Assembly (NCBI GenBank): GCA_040289515.1
Contig: PSLI01000018.1
Location: 1-36,443, forward strand
From: Candidatus Sysuimicrobiota bacterium
GTDB taxonomy: Bacteria > Sysuimicrobiota > Sysuimicrobiia > Sysuimicrobiales > Sysuimicrobiaceae
DNA length: 36,443 nt
Direction of reading: 5' to 3'
In this document: one piece after another, positions 18,502 to 28,841 of the stretch
How the letters are laid out: each line of letters starts with the position of its first letter
How positions within the stretch are numbered: position 1 is the stretch's first letter
Notes under the pieces: model-generated
What the model saw: the letters and a program-made list of their open reading frames with translations, nothing else
What the model was told of the DNA's origin: nothing
Databases searched by the model: none
Translations under genes and position numbers: made by a program

Positions 18502-19323
18502 TTACTCCTTGAGGGCTCCCGTGAGCGCCGCCACGTAGTGCTCCACGAAGAACGAGTACGCCACCGCCACGGGCACCGATCCCAACAATGCCCCCGCCAT
18601 CAAAGGACCCCACTGGAACACATCCCCCGTGACCAGCTCCGTGGCCAGCCCCACCGGCACCGTCTTCTGGTCCGTGGAGGAGAGGAACACCAGGGCGTAC
18701 AGGTACTCGTTCCACGACAGGGTGAAGGCAAAGATGAGGCAGGAGAGAATCCCCGGTACTGCCAGGGGCAGGGTCACGTACCGCATGGCCTGGAAACGGC
18801 TCGCGCCATCTACCCGGGCGCAATCTTCCAGCTCCCGGGGGATGCTGCGGAAGTAGCCCATGAGCAGCCACACGCAGAACGGTACGAGGAACGTGGGGTA
18901 CGTGAGCACCAGGGCCGCGGGCCGGTCCCACAGGCCGAGGGCCGACACGATCCGGCTGAGGGGGATGAACAGGATCACGGGCGGGACCAGGTACGACAGG
19001 AAGATGGCGATTCCCAGGGAGCTGGAGCCACGGAAGCGCAGCCGCCCGATGGCGTAGGCGGCCAAAAGGCCCGTGCCCAGGGACAGAGCCGTGGCTCCCA
19101 CGGAGATGACGAGGGTGTTCCGCATCCAGGGAAGGAAGTGGGTCTCCATCAGGAGCCGGCGTACGTGATCCACCGTGGGGTTCCACGTCCACAGAGGGTT
19201 CAGGCTGAGGTTGTACAGGTCCCGGTTGGGCTTGAAGGCGGTCACCAGCATCCAGTAGAAGGGGAACAGCAGGAAGGCCAGAAACGCCGCCAGGGGCAGC
19301 TGGAAGGTCACCAGGCGCCGCAC
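18502..19323 (-). CDS. Carbohydrate (CUT1) ABC transporter permease, MalG-type
   Basis: FPFYWM, GYFRSIPRELEDCARVDGA (EAA loop), LSWNEYLYA and GALKE. Confidence 0.92.
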   Translation of the reverse strand: MRRLVTFQLPLAAFLAFLLFPFYWMLVTAFKPNRDLYNLSLNPLWTWNPTVDHVRRLLMETHFLPWMRNTLVISVGATALSLGTGLLAAYAIGRLRFRGSSSLGIAIFLSYLVPPVILFIPLSRIVSALGLWDRPAALVLTYPTFLVPFCVWLLMGYFRSIPRELEDCARVDGASRFQAMRYVTLPLAVPGILSCLIFAFTLSWNEYLYALVFLSSTDQKTVPVGLATELVTGDVFQWGPLMAGALLGSVPVAVAYSFFVEHYVAALTGALKE

Positions 19324-19324
19324 C

Positions 19325-20251
19325 TCAATCCTCCCGCCGCAGGGCCCGGTATGCGGCCGCCACGCAGCCCACCAGCACGGGCAGCACGAACACCGCCACC
19401 GCGGCCCCTTCCCCCAAAAAGCCGCCCTGCACCGCGCGCTGGTACGCCAGGGTGCCCAGCAGGTGGGTGGCGTTGGCGGGCCCGCCCTTGGTGAGGATCC
19501 AGATGAGTTGGAAGTCCCCCACCGTCATGATGGTGCTGAACACGATCACCACCACCGCCAGGGGCGCCAGGAGGGGCCAGGTGACGAACCGCAGCCGTTG
19601 CCACGGGCTTGCCCCGTCGATCTGGGCGGCCTCGTGCAGCTCCCGGGGGATGGTCTGCAGCCCCGCCAGCAACCCGATGGCGAAGAAGGGAACCCCCCGC
19701 CACACGTTGGCGGCGATGACGGAGGCGCGGGCCAGCTGGGGGTCGCCCAGGTAGTTGATGTGCCCCTCCACCAGGCCCACCGTCCGCAGCATCCAGGTAA
19801 GGACGCTGAACTGGCTGTCGTAGATCCAGTAGAACACCAGGGCCGACAAAGACGTGGGGACGATCCACGGGAGCAGCATGGCCGCCCGCACGAACCGCTT
19901 GCCCCGGAACTCCCGGTCCACCAGGAGGGCCAGGGCAAACCCCAACACGAACTTCAGGACCACGGCCACCCCCGCGTACAGGAGGGTGTTCCACACCGTC
20001 AGCCAGAACACGCCGTCGCCGACGAGATACCAGAAGTTGGCGAGGCCCACGAACCGCCCGGGGCTTGCGATGCGGCTGTCTGTGAGGCTCAACCACAGGC
20101 CCAGAAGGAAGGGGTAGGCCAGGAAGACACCCAGGAGCAGCACCGCGGGCGCTCCCATGGCCCACCCCAGTACCTCGCGGTCCTCCAGGAGGAGGCGGAG
20201 GCCCCCGCGCCGCTCCGCCGTCCGGGGCAGGCCTAGCTCCAGGCGATCCAT
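19325..20251 (-). CDS. Carbohydrate (CUT1) ABC transporter permease, MalF-type
   Basis: FVGLANF, LLPWIVP, NVWRGVPF, AGLQTIPRELHEAAQIDGA and TKGGP. ATG 20251 lies directly after the binding-protein stop. Confidence 0.92.
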   Translation of the reverse strand: MDRLELGLPRTAERRGGLRLLLEDREVLGWAMGAPAVLLLGVFLAYPFLLGLWLSLTDSRIASPGRFVGLANFWYLVGDGVFWLTVWNTLLYAGVAVVLKFVLGFALALLVDREFRGKRFVRAAMLLPWIVPTSLSALVFYWIYDSQFSVLTWMLRTVGLVEGHINYLGDPQLARASVIAANVWRGVPFFAIGLLAGLQTIPRELHEAAQIDGASPWQRLRFVTWPLLAPLAVVVIVFSTIMTVGDFQLIWILTKGGPANATHLLGTLAYQRAVQGGFLGEGAAVAVFVLPVLVGCVAAAYRALRRED

Positions 20252-20252
20252 C

Positions 20253-21605
20253 CTAGCTGCGGTAGATGCGGCGCAGGCGGTCCTCCGCGGCACGGATGGC
20301 GTCCCGTACGCTGCGGCGCCCCGTGCACGCGTCTGCGAACATATCCACGAGCACGAACTCCGCCAGCGCCCGGGCAGCCTCCGGACCGGGACGGCCTGCG
20401 TAGGAGTGGGGCAGCATGCGGGCCACCGCGTCCCGGTACGGGGTCGCCTTGGGGTCGGACCGCCAGACCGCCAGCTTGCCGTACTCCCGCAAGGGGTGCG
20501 ACACGTACCCCAGCATTCCGTTGATCCACCGGCTGTACTGCACGTCCTCCATCATCCACCGGAGGAACTCCTTGGCCGCGTTGGGGTACCGCGTGTACGC
20601 GAAGATGTACGCCTGGCTGAACAGGTGCAGTTCCGTGGGACGCCCTACCGGCCCCACCGGAAAGAGGGCGTGGTTCATGTCCGCGGCGACCTCCGGGAAG
20701 TCGTTCTTGGCGGCGAAGTAGATGCTGATGCCGTTGTTGGTGAGGGAGATCTCGCCCGCCAGGAAGGCGCGGTTGTTGTGCGGGTCCAGCCAGCCCGCCA
20801 CGCCCGGGATCATAGTCTCATACAGGGCGCGGGCGTACTCCAGGGCGTTGGCCGTCTCCGGGGAGTTGATGGTGATGGTCTTGTTGTCGGGGGCCACCGC
20901 CCTTCCCCCGAAGGCCCACAGGCACCAGTGCACCCACACGTTGCCGTCGCCCACGGCCTTGCCCAGGGCGAAGCCCGTGGGGCGCCCGCGGGCCTTCAGG
21001 GCCCGGCACAGGCGCAGGAACTCGTCCGTGGTCCTGGGAAAGCGCGCGGGGTCCGGGTCGAACCCGGCCTCCCGCACCCACGACATGCGGTAGTTGATGG
21101 TGGCGCCGGGCGCCCCGATGGGGATGGCGATCCACGCGTTGCGTTCCGGGCTGTAGCCGTACTGGGGGCACACGTCGAACCAGCCGCCGTACTTGCGGCC
21201 CAGGTACTGCGCCAGGTCCGTGACGGGCACCAGCTTGTCCGCCCACAGGTGCGGCTCGTCAAAGAACCCGACGACGATGTCCGGGCCGCTGCCCACGTTA
21301 GCGGCGGCCGCTGCCTTGGGCTGCACGTCCGTCCAGGTCTCGTACTCGATGCGCACGGGCACCCCAGTGCGTTGGGTGAACCGCCGCGCGTTCTCCTCGA
21401 AGATGGGCCGGTCCGTGGTGACGAACTGGGACCACCGCAGCACGCGCAGGCTGGCACCCCGCTCCACGGGGAAGGTGAGCTCCTGAGCCTGCGCGGGGCT
21501 GCGACCGGCCTCCCAGCCCCACGCGGACAGCAGCAGAGCAGAGGCGGCCCGTGCCCCGTCCCGCAGGAAACGCCGGCGGGTGATTCTTCCCTTCGCTTCG
21601 GCCAT
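20253..21605 (-). CDS. Sugar-family ABC substrate-binding protein with a Tat signal
   Basis: Twin-arginine motif ITRRRFLR, followed by SBP_bac_1-like features (GPDIV, FGG..V, AFLAGEIS). Confidence 0.9.
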   Translation of the reverse strand: MAEAKGRITRRRFLRDGARAASALLLSAWGWEAGRSPAQAQELTFPVERGASLRVLRWSQFVTTDRPIFEENARRFTQRTGVPVRIEYETWTDVQPKAAAAANVGSGPDIVVGFFDEPHLWADKLVPVTDLAQYLGRKYGGWFDVCPQYGYSPERNAWIAIPIGAPGATINYRMSWVREAGFDPDPARFPRTTDEFLRLCRALKARGRPTGFALGKAVGDGNVWVHWCLWAFGGRAVAPDNKTITINSPETANALEYARALYETMIPGVAGWLDPHNNRAFLAGEISLTNNGISIYFAAKNDFPEVAADMNHALFPVGPVGRPTELHLFSQAYIFAYTRYPNAAKEFLRWMMEDVQYSRWINGMLGYVSHPLREYGKLAVWRSDPKATPYRDAVARMLPHSYAGRPGPEAARALAEFVLVDMFADACTGRRSVRDAIRAAEDRLRRIYRS

Positions 21606-21669
21606 GAGGCCCCCCTTTGCAGGTTATTCTGGGCCGGTTCCGGGCCCGAACGGTGGGTTCTACGGGGCT

Positions 21670-22725
21670 CTAAGAAATCCTTTCCCGCACCCGTTGGGCC
21701 ACCGCGCTGCCAACCTCCTCCGTGCGGGCGGTCCCGCCCACGTCCGGGGTGCGGATGCCCTCCCGCACCACCTGGCGCACCGCGGCCTCCACCGCCCGCG
21801 CCTCCTCCTCCATTCCCAGGGAGTGCCGCAGCAGCAGCGCGGCGCTGAGGATGGTGCCCACAGGGTTGGCCACTCCCTTTCCCGCCAGGTCTGGCGCGGA
21901 GCCGTGCACGGGCTCGTACAGGAAGGGAGGGTGGTCCCCCAGGCTGGCCGACGGCAGCACCCCGATGGAGCCCACCACCGCCGCGGCCTCGTCGCTCAAA
22001 ATGTCGCCGAAGGTGTTCTCCGTCAGCAGGACGTCAAAGGCGGTGGGCTGCCGGACCAGCTGCATGGCGCAGGTGTCCACCAGCATGTGCTCCACCCGCA
22101 CGTCCGGGAACTCGCGCGCCACCCGATCCACCACCTCCCGCCACAGGCGCGAGGTCTCCAGCACGTTGGCCTTGTCCACGGAGTGCACCCACCGCCGCCG
22201 CTCCCGGGCCAGCTGGAAGGCCACCCGGGCCACCCGCTCCACCTCCTCGGCCGTGTACCGCATGGTGTCCACCGCCTGCTGCGCGTCCCGCTCCTTGGGC
22301 TGGCCGAAGTACAGGCCGCCCGTGAGCTCCCGCACGATGAGGAAGTCCGTGCCCCGCACCACCTCGGGCCGAAGGGGGGAAGCCTCCTCCAGGCCGTCCA
22401 GGAGTACGGCGGGGCGCAGGTTGGCGTACAGCTGGAGCTGGTAGCGCAGGGCCAGCAGCCCTGCCTCCGGACGCACAGGGCTCGCATCCCAACGCCCCCC
22501 CCCGACGGCACCCAGGAGGATGGCGTCGCACTGCCGGGCGGCCTTCCGGGTGGGCGTGGGAAGCGGCTCTCCGAACCGGTCCAGGGCCGCGCCGCCAATG
22601 AGTTCCGTCCGGTAGGTGAAGCGGTGGCCGTAGCGCTGCGCGACCGCCTCGAGGACGCGTACTGCCTGCTCCACCACCTCCGGACCGATCCCGTCCCCGG
22701 GCAGGAGGAGGATCCGTGCTTCCAC
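21670..22725 (-). CDS. leuB: 3-isopropylmalate dehydrogenase
   Basis: LPGDGIGPEV, ANLRP, VRELTGGLYFG, VDKANVL, NTFGDILSDEA and EPVHGSAPD. Confidence 0.96.
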   Translation of the reverse strand: MEARILLLPGDGIGPEVVEQAVRVLEAVAQRYGHRFTYRTELIGGAALDRFGEPLPTPTRKAARQCDAILLGAVGGGRWDASPVRPEAGLLALRYQLQLYANLRPAVLLDGLEEASPLRPEVVRGTDFLIVRELTGGLYFGQPKERDAQQAVDTMRYTAEEVERVARVAFQLARERRRWVHSVDKANVLETSRLWREVVDRVAREFPDVRVEHMLVDTCAMQLVRQPTAFDVLLTENTFGDILSDEAAAVVGSIGVLPSASLGDHPPFLYEPVHGSAPDLAGKGVANPVGTILSAALLLRHSLGMEEEARAVEAAVRQVVREGIRTPDVGGTARTEEVGSAVAQRVRERIS

Positions 22726-22728
22726 GGG

Positions 22729-22845
22729 TCAGTACATCTGCTGGATGCAGGCGATGGTCCAGCGGTCGTCGTCCGCGTCCGCTCCCTGCGCCTGCAGCAG
22801 CCTCTGCAGCTCCGCCTCCAGCTCCTGCTGGCGAACCTCCTCCAT
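22729..22845 (-). CDS. Putative 38-aa small protein of unknown function (MEEVRQQELEAELQRLLQAQGADADDDRWTIACIQQMY)
   Basis: Strong SD GGAGGAGG directly upstream of the ATG. The ORF fills the cimA-leuB gap, stops 3 nt before the leuB GTG, and has host-like GC-ending codons. Confidence 0.65.
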   Translation of the reverse strand: MEEVRQQELEAELQRLLQAQGADADDDRWTIACIQQMY

Positions 22846-22862
22846 CCCCCTCCTCCGGATCG

Positions 22863-24446
22863 TTAGCCGCCTGAGACCGCGGTGCGCCGCCCCCTGGACC
22901 GCCACAGGGCGTAGCTGAGGCTGTCCACCAGGGCCAGCCAGCTGGCCTCCACCACGTTTTCGGAAACCCCTACGGTCTCCCACCGGTCTTCGCCGTCCGT
23001 GGTTTGGATCAGCACCCGCACCCGGGCCGCGGTGGCCGCCTCCGCGTTCAGCACGCGCACCTTGTAGTCCACCAGGCGGATGGAGCGCAGCTCCGGGTAG
23101 AAGCGCTCCAGAGCCTTGCGCAGCGCCCGGTCCAGGGCGTGCACCGGGCCGTTGCCCTCCGCGGCGGTGTGCTCCTCTGTGCCGTCCACGCGAACCCGCA
23201 CGGTGGCCTCCGCCCAGGTGCGGTCCTCCGTGCGGTGGACCACCACCAGGAAGGGGCCCGCCTGAAAGCCGTCCTTCCACTCGTCTAGCAGCCGCCGCAC
23301 CAGCAACTCGAAGGAAGCGTCCGCGCCCTCGAACTGATACCCGGTGTACTCCAGCCACTTGACCCGCTCCAGGATCTGGGCGGTGGAAGGGCTGCGGGGA
23401 TCCAGGGGCAGGCCCAGCTCCTCCGCCTTGCTGAGGATGTTGGACCGCCCCGAAAGGTCCGAGACCACGAACCGGCGGCGGTTGCCCACCGCTGCGGGAT
23501 CCACGTGCTCGTAGGTGCTGGGGTCCTGCCGGACCGCGGAAACGTGCACACCCCCCTTGTGGGCGAAGGCGTTACGCCCCACGTACGGCTGGTGCTCGTC
23601 CGGAGTTCGGTTTGCCAGCTCCGCCACGAAACGGCTCAGGTGGCTGAGTCGGCCCAGGGCCCCCGGAGCCAGGCAGGAGTAGCCCAGCTTCAGCACCAGG
23701 TTCGGCACCAGCACGCACAGGTCCGCGTTGCCGCACCGCTCCCCGTACCCGTTGATGGTGCCCTGCACGTGCCCACACCCCGCGCGCACCGCCTCCACCG
23801 CATTGGCCACCGCGCAGCCGGCGTCGTTGTGGGTGTGGACCCCCAAGCGGGCCGTGACCCCCTCCGCCACGCGCCGCACCACCGGGCCGATCTGGTGCGG
23901 GAGGCTGCCGCCGTTGGTGTCGCACAAGACGATGCGATCCGCCCCCGCCTCCTGCGCGGCCCGGAGGGTCTGCAGGGCATAGTCCGGATTGGCCCGGAAG
24001 CCGTCAAAGAAATGTTCCGCGTCGTACACCACCCGGCGTCCCTGCCCCTTGAGGAACCGCACGGAGTCTGCGATCATGCACAGGTTCTCCGCCAGGGACG
24101 TACGGAGGGCGGCCCGCACGTGTAGGTCCCAGCTCTTCCCGAACACCGCCACCCACTCCGTGCCGGCCTCCAGGAGGGCCCGGAGGTTCGTATCCTGGTG
24201 GGCGGCCACCCCCGCGCGCCGGGTGCTGCCGAAGGCCACCAGGCGCGCGTGGGACCAGGTGTGGCGGGTGGCCTGGCGGAAGAACTCCAGGTCCCGCGGG
24301 TTGCTGCCCGGCCAACCCCCCTCCACGAAGTCCACCCCCAGCTCGTCCAGGGCGCGGGCGCAGCGGAGCTTGTCTTCCACGGAGAACTCCACGTCCGCGC
24401 CCTGCGTGCCGTCCCGCAGGGTCGTGTCGTACACCTCCACCCGCAT
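22863..24446 (-). CDS. cimA: Citramalate synthase
   Basis: YDTTLRDGTQ, EGGWPGSNP, AFGSTRR, FGKSWDLHV, YDAEHFFDG, HQPYVG.NAFAHKGGVH and YQFEGADASFEL (CimA-type LeuA paralogue). The ATG overlaps the leuD TGA. Confidence 0.92.
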   Translation of the reverse strand: MRVEVYDTTLRDGTQGADVEFSVEDKLRCARALDELGVDFVEGGWPGSNPRDLEFFRQATRHTWSHARLVAFGSTRRAGVAAHQDTNLRALLEAGTEWVAVFGKSWDLHVRAALRTSLAENLCMIADSVRFLKGQGRRVVYDAEHFFDGFRANPDYALQTLRAAQEAGADRIVLCDTNGGSLPHQIGPVVRRVAEGVTARLGVHTHNDAGCAVANAVEAVRAGCGHVQGTINGYGERCGNADLCVLVPNLVLKLGYSCLAPGALGRLSHLSRFVAELANRTPDEHQPYVGRNAFAHKGGVHVSAVRQDPSTYEHVDPAAVGNRRRFVVSDLSGRSNILSKAEELGLPLDPRSPSTAQILERVKWLEYTGYQFEGADASFELLVRRLLDEWKDGFQAGPFLVVVHRTEDRTWAEATVRVRVDGTEEHTAAEGNGPVHALDRALRKALERFYPELRSIRLVDYKVRVLNAEAATAARVRVLIQTTDGEDRWETVGVSENVVEASWLALVDSLSYALWRSRGRRTAVSGG

Positions 24447-24949
24447 CAGGACGCCTCCAGGCCCAGCCGCCGCCGCACGTAGGGGATGATCCCGCCCGCC
24501 CGCGCAAGCTCTTGCATGAAGGGCGGGACTGGACGTGCCCGGTACACCTGGCCCCGGGTGAGGTTGCGGATCTCGCCCGTGTGGGGGTCGATCTCCAGCT
24601 CGTCGCCATCCTGCACCGTGCGGCTGGCCTCCGGACACTCCAGCAGAAGCAGCCCGTTGTTGAAGGCGTTTCGGTAGAAGATGCGGGCGTACGAAGCCGC
24701 CACCACCGCAGCCACGCCCGCGCCCACCAGGGCCAGGGGGGCGTGCTCCCGCGAACTGCCCTGGCCGAAGTTCTCTCCGGCCACCAGCACATCCCCGGGC
24801 CGGATGCGGTGACGCAGCTCGGGGTCCAGGTCCTCGAACAGGTGCGCGGCCAGCTGAGCTGGATCCGTAGTCACCAGGTACCGGCCCGCGATGATCAGGT
24901 CCGTGTCGATGTGATCGCCTACCTTGTGGGCGCGTCCCCGGATGGGCAT
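24446..24949 (-). CDS. leuD: 3-isopropylmalate dehydratase small subunit (short HacB/LeuD type)
   Basis: [34 protein letters not shown] and GGII. Confidence 0.93.
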   Translation of the reverse strand: MPIRGRAHKVGDHIDTDLIIAGRYLVTTDPAQLAAHLFEDLDPELRHRIRPGDVLVAGENFGQGSSREHAPLALVGAGVAAVVAASYARIFYRNAFNNGLLLLECPEASRTVQDGDELEIDPHTGEIRNLTRGQVYRARPVPPFMQELARAGGIIPYVRRRLGLEAS

Positions 24950-24960
24950 GGCATCCCCCC

Positions 24961-26241
24961 TCACACCGCCGCGGGCTCCCGCACCACCTCGTCGGGGTGC
25001 ACCAACTTGCCGGCCACCGCAGCCGCGGCGGCCACCGCGGCGTTGGACAGGTACACCTTGCTGCCCCGGTGCCCCATGCGGCCGATGAAGTTGCGGCTGC
25101 TGGTGGACACGCACACCTCGCCGTCCGCCAGCACGCCCATGTGGCCGCCGATGCACGGCCCGCAGGTGGGGGTGGACACCGCGGCCCCCGCGTCCAGGAA
25201 CACCTGGAGGAGACCTTCCTCCAGGGCCTGGCGCCAGATGCGGGGCGTGGCGGGGATAACCAAAAGGCGCACGTCCGGGTGCACGCGGCGGCCCGCCAGG
25301 ACCCGGGCCGCCTGCCGCAGGTCCTCGATGCGGCCGTTGGTGCAGGTGCCGATGAAGCACTGGTCCACCCGCACGCCCGCCACCTCCGTGACGGGCACCA
25401 CGTTGGCGGGGGAGGGGGGCGCGCTCACCACCGGCTGCATGTCGGTGACGTCGTACTCATACACCGCCGCGTAGGTGGCGTCGGGGTCGCTGTACACCGG
25501 CTGGAAGGGCCGGCGGGCGCGCCGGCGCACCCAATCCAGCACCGCCTCATCAGGCTCCATGATGCCGTTCTTGGCCCCCGCCTCCACCGCCATATTGGTG
25601 ACGGAGAACCGCTCGTCCATGGATAGCTGCTGGAGCACGGGACCCGCAAACTCCATGGCCGCGTACCGGGCCCCGTCGACCCCGATGTCGCCGATCACGC
25701 GCAGTACCAGATCCTTCCCCGTGACCCAGCGGGGCAGGGTTCCGCGGAACACAAACCGCAGGGTGTGGGGCACCCGAAACCACAGGCGTCCCGTGGCCAT
25801 GGCCGCGGCCAGGTCCGAGCTGCCCACCCCCGTGGCGAAGGCCCCCAGGGCGCCGTGGTTGCAGGTGTGGGAATCCGCGCCCACAAAGAGCTCCCCCGGA
25901 GCCACGAAGCCCTCCTCCGCCAGGAGCACGTGGGCGATCCCCGCCCGGCCCACGTCGTAGAAGTGGGGCAGGCGGTGCTTGCGGACGAACTCTCGGGTGA
26001 TGCGGCACTGCTCCGCGGAGGCGATGTCCTTGCTGGGCGAGTAGTGGTCCAGGACGAAGGCGACTCGGTCGGGGTCGAACACCCGGTCCACCCCGATGCG
26101 CTCAAACTGCTGGATGGCCAAGGGCGCGGTGATGTCGTTGGCGAACAGCATGTCCACCCGGCACTCCACCAGCTCACCAGGCTCCACCCGAGGTAGGTCC
26201 GCGTGGGATGCCAGGATCTTTTCCGTGATGGTCATTCCCAT
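24961..26241 (-). CDS. leuC: 3-isopropylmalate dehydratase large subunit (short HacA/LeuC type)
   Basis: MTITEKIL, DH, GADSHTC, GTCTNGR, PTCGPCIG (Fe-S cysteines) and RNFIGRMG. Confidence 0.95.
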   Translation of the reverse strand: MGMTITEKILASHADLPRVEPGELVECRVDMLFANDITAPLAIQQFERIGVDRVFDPDRVAFVLDHYSPSKDIASAEQCRITREFVRKHRLPHFYDVGRAGIAHVLLAEEGFVAPGELFVGADSHTCNHGALGAFATGVGSSDLAAAMATGRLWFRVPHTLRFVFRGTLPRWVTGKDLVLRVIGDIGVDGARYAAMEFAGPVLQQLSMDERFSVTNMAVEAGAKNGIMEPDEAVLDWVRRRARRPFQPVYSDPDATYAAVYEYDVTDMQPVVSAPPSPANVVPVTEVAGVRVDQCFIGTCTNGRIEDLRQAARVLAGRRVHPDVRLLVIPATPRIWRQALEEGLLQVFLDAGAAVSTPTCGPCIGGHMGVLADGEVCVSTSSRNFIGRMGHRGSKVYLSNAAVAAAAAVAGKLVHPDEVVREPAAV

Positions 26242-26257
26242 TGAGAGCTCTCCCCGT

Positions 26258-27793
26258 TTACGACCTGGTCGGAAGGGCCTCCGCGGAGCGGGCACCTGCC
26301 AGTTTGTTGAGGGCCGCCACGTACGCCAGGGCGCTGGCCTCTAGGACGTCCGTGCTGCTGCCGCGGCCCGTAGCCACCCGGTCCCCCTCCTGCAGTCGGC
26401 ACACCGCCTCCCCCAGGGCGTCGCTGCCTCCGGTGGCAGAGCGCAGGCTGTAATCCAGCAGCCGCACCTGCCGGCCCGTGGCCGCGTTGATGGCCGCGAA
26501 CAGGGCGTCCACGGGGCCGTCCCCGGTGCCCTCCGCTACGTGCAGCTGGCCGCTCCGCTCCAGCCGCACGGCCGCGTGGGGCGGCTCGTCGCTGGCGGTG
26601 GTGACCCGGAAGGACACCAGGCGGTAGGTCTCGGGAGCCGCAGCGAACCCCTCCTGCACCAGGGCCACTAGGTCTCCTACTTCCACCCGCTTCTTGCGGT
26701 CGCACAGAGCCTTGAAGCGGGTGTACACCCGTTCCACCTCCTCCTCCGTGAGGTGAAAGCCCATCTCCCGCAGAGCGTACACCAGACCGTGGCGGCCCGA
26801 GTGCTTGCCCAGCACCAGCCGGCTGGTGGGCACCCCTACGGAGGCGGGGGTCATGATCTCGTACGTGCGCGGGTCGCTGAGCACCCCGTGCTGGTGGATG
26901 CCAGCCTCATGGGCGAAGGCGTTGGCGCCCACGATGGCCTTGTTGGGCTGCACGTCCACCCCCGTGATGGCGGACAGCAGCCGGCTGGTGGGGTAGATGC
27001 GGGTGGTGTCCACCCCGACCTGCACGCCGAATGCGTCCCGGCGGGTCACCAGGGCCATCATGACCTCCTCCAGGGCCGCGTTGCCCGCTCGCTCGCCGAT
27101 GCCGTTGATGGTGCCCTCCACCTGGCGGGCGCCCGCCTGCACCCCCGCCAGGGAGTTGGCCACCGCCATGCCCAGGTCGTCGTGGCAGTGCACACTCCAG
27201 ACCACCCGGTCGGAGTCCGGCACCCGTTCCCGCACCGTGCGGATCAGCTGGGCATACTCGTGGGGCACCGCATAGCCCACCGTGTCGGGGAGGTTGATCA
27301 CCGCCGCCCCCTCCCGGATGGCGGCCTCCACCACCCGACATAGGAAGTCCACCTCGGAGCGGGTGGCGTCCTCGCAGCTGAACTCCACCTCGGGGCACAG
27401 GGAACGCGCCAGGCGCACCGCCTGCCGGGCTGCCTCCAGCACCTCTTCCGGCTTCATCCGCAGCTTGCGCTCCATGTGGATGGGAGAGGTGGCGATGAAG
27501 GTGTGGATGCGGGGCCGCTCCGCTTCTCGGACTCCCTCCCAGCACACCTCGATGTCCTGCCGCTGCGCCCGGGCAAGGCCGCAGATCACCGGGCCCCGCA
27601 CCTTTTGGGCGATCAGGCGGACTGCCTCCAGATCGCCCGGGGAGGCGATGGGAAACCCCGCTTCGATCACGTCCACGCCCAGACGGGCCAGGGCCTCGGC
27701 CATCTCCAGCTTCTCCTGCACCGTCATGGAGAAGCCGGGGGACTGTTCCCCGTCCCGCAGGGTGGTGTCGAAGATGTAAACGCGGTCCTTCAC
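26258..27793 (-). CDS. leuA: 2-isopropylmalate synthase
   Basis: [44 protein letters not shown] and LGKHSG, plus a C-terminal regulatory domain (GDGPVDA). Confidence 0.95.
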   Translation of the reverse strand: MKDRVYIFDTTLRDGEQSPGFSMTVQEKLEMAEALARLGVDVIEAGFPIASPGDLEAVRLIAQKVRGPVICGLARAQRQDIEVCWEGVREAERPRIHTFIATSPIHMERKLRMKPEEVLEAARQAVRLARSLCPEVEFSCEDATRSEVDFLCRVVEAAIREGAAVINLPDTVGYAVPHEYAQLIRTVRERVPDSDRVVWSVHCHDDLGMAVANSLAGVQAGARQVEGTINGIGERAGNAALEEVMMALVTRRDAFGVQVGVDTTRIYPTSRLLSAITGVDVQPNKAIVGANAFAHEAGIHQHGVLSDPRTYEIMTPASVGVPTSRLVLGKHSGRHGLVYALREMGFHLTEEEVERVYTRFKALCDRKKRVEVGDLVALVQEGFAAAPETYRLVSFRVTTASDEPPHAAVRLERSGQLHVAEGTGDGPVDALFAAINAATGRQVRLLDYSLRSATGGSDALGEAVCRLQEGDRVATGRGSSTDVLEASALAYVAALNKLAGARSAEALPTRS

Positions 27794-27794
27794 C

Positions 27795-28829
27795 CTACTC
27801 CCCCCCACCGGTTCCCACCGCCTGCGGGGCCTTGGCAGCTGGCCTTTTCAGCCACGGCATCATGGCCCGCAGCTGGCGACCCACCTCCTCGATGGGGTGC
27901 TGGGCCGCACGGGCCCGCAAACTGCGGAAGGACGGGAAGTTCGCCTGGCCCTCCAGGATCCACTCCCGGGCGAAGGTCCCGTCCTGCACCTCCTTGAGGA
28001 TCTCCTTCATGCGCTGGCGCACGTGCTCGTCGATGATCCGGGGTCCCCGGGTGTAGTCCCCGTACTCCGCCGTGTCCGAGATGGAGTACCGCATCCACTG
28101 CAGGCCGCCCTCGTAGATGAGGTCCACGATGAGCTTGAGCTCGTTCAGACACTCGAAGTAGGCGATCTCCGGCTGGTAGCCAGCCTCCACCAGGGTCTCG
28201 AAGCCCGCCTGGATGAGGGCAGTCACACCCCCGCACAGCACTGCCTGCTCCCCAAACAGGTCGCTCTCCGTCTCCTCCCGGAAGGTGGTCTCCACCACCC
28301 CCGCCCGGAGGCATCCCACACCGTACGCGTACGCTAAAGCCAGCTCCTTGGCCCGCCCCGTGGCATCCTGGTGCACCGCCACCAGCCCAGGCACCCCCTG
28401 CCCTTCCACGAACACCTCCCGCATGCGGTGGCCCGGGGACTTGGGCGCCACCATGAACACGTCGACGTCCGCGCGCGGTTCTACCTGGCCGTACAGGATC
28501 GTGAAACCGTGGGCGAAGGCCAGGGCCTGTCCGGGCCGCAGGTTGGGGCAGATGGCCTCCCGGTAGACCCGTGCCTGCACCATGTCGGGCAGGAGCACGG
28601 ACACCACGTCCGCCTCCCGCACCGCTTCGGCCACCTCAACCACCCGGAACCCGTCCGCGCGGGCCCGGTCCCATGACCCACCGGGCTTCACGCCCACCAC
28701 CACCTGCACCCCCTGGTCCCGCAGGTTCAGGGCGTGGGCGTGGCCCTGGCTCCCGTATCCCAGGATGGCCACCCGCCTAGATCGGATGAGCTCCGGGTTC
28801 GCGTCGCGCTCGTAGTACACCTGGGCCAT
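27795..28829 (-). CDS. ilvC: Ketol-acid reductoisomerase
   Basis: [40 protein letters not shown] and SDTAEYG. SD AAGGAGGTG. Confidence 0.97.
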   Translation of the reverse strand: MAQVYYERDANPELIRSRRVAILGYGSQGHAHALNLRDQGVQVVVGVKPGGSWDRARADGFRVVEVAEAVREADVVSVLLPDMVQARVYREAICPNLRPGQALAFAHGFTILYGQVEPRADVDVFMVAPKSPGHRMREVFVEGQGVPGLVAVHQDATGRAKELALAYAYGVGCLRAGVVETTFREETESDLFGEQAVLCGGVTALIQAGFETLVEAGYQPEIAYFECLNELKLIVDLIYEGGLQWMRYSISDTAEYGDYTRGPRIIDEHVRQRMKEILKEVQDGTFAREWILEGQANFPSFRSLRARAAQHPIEEVGRQLRAMMPWLKRPAAKAPQAVGTGGGE

Positions 28830-28841
28830 TCCGCACCTCCT

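Noticed and set aside
21647..21662. GAAC-N5-GTTC resembling a Gram-positive LexA box
   Set aside because: The spacer is 5 rather than 4 nt, and the downstream genes are not SOS-type.
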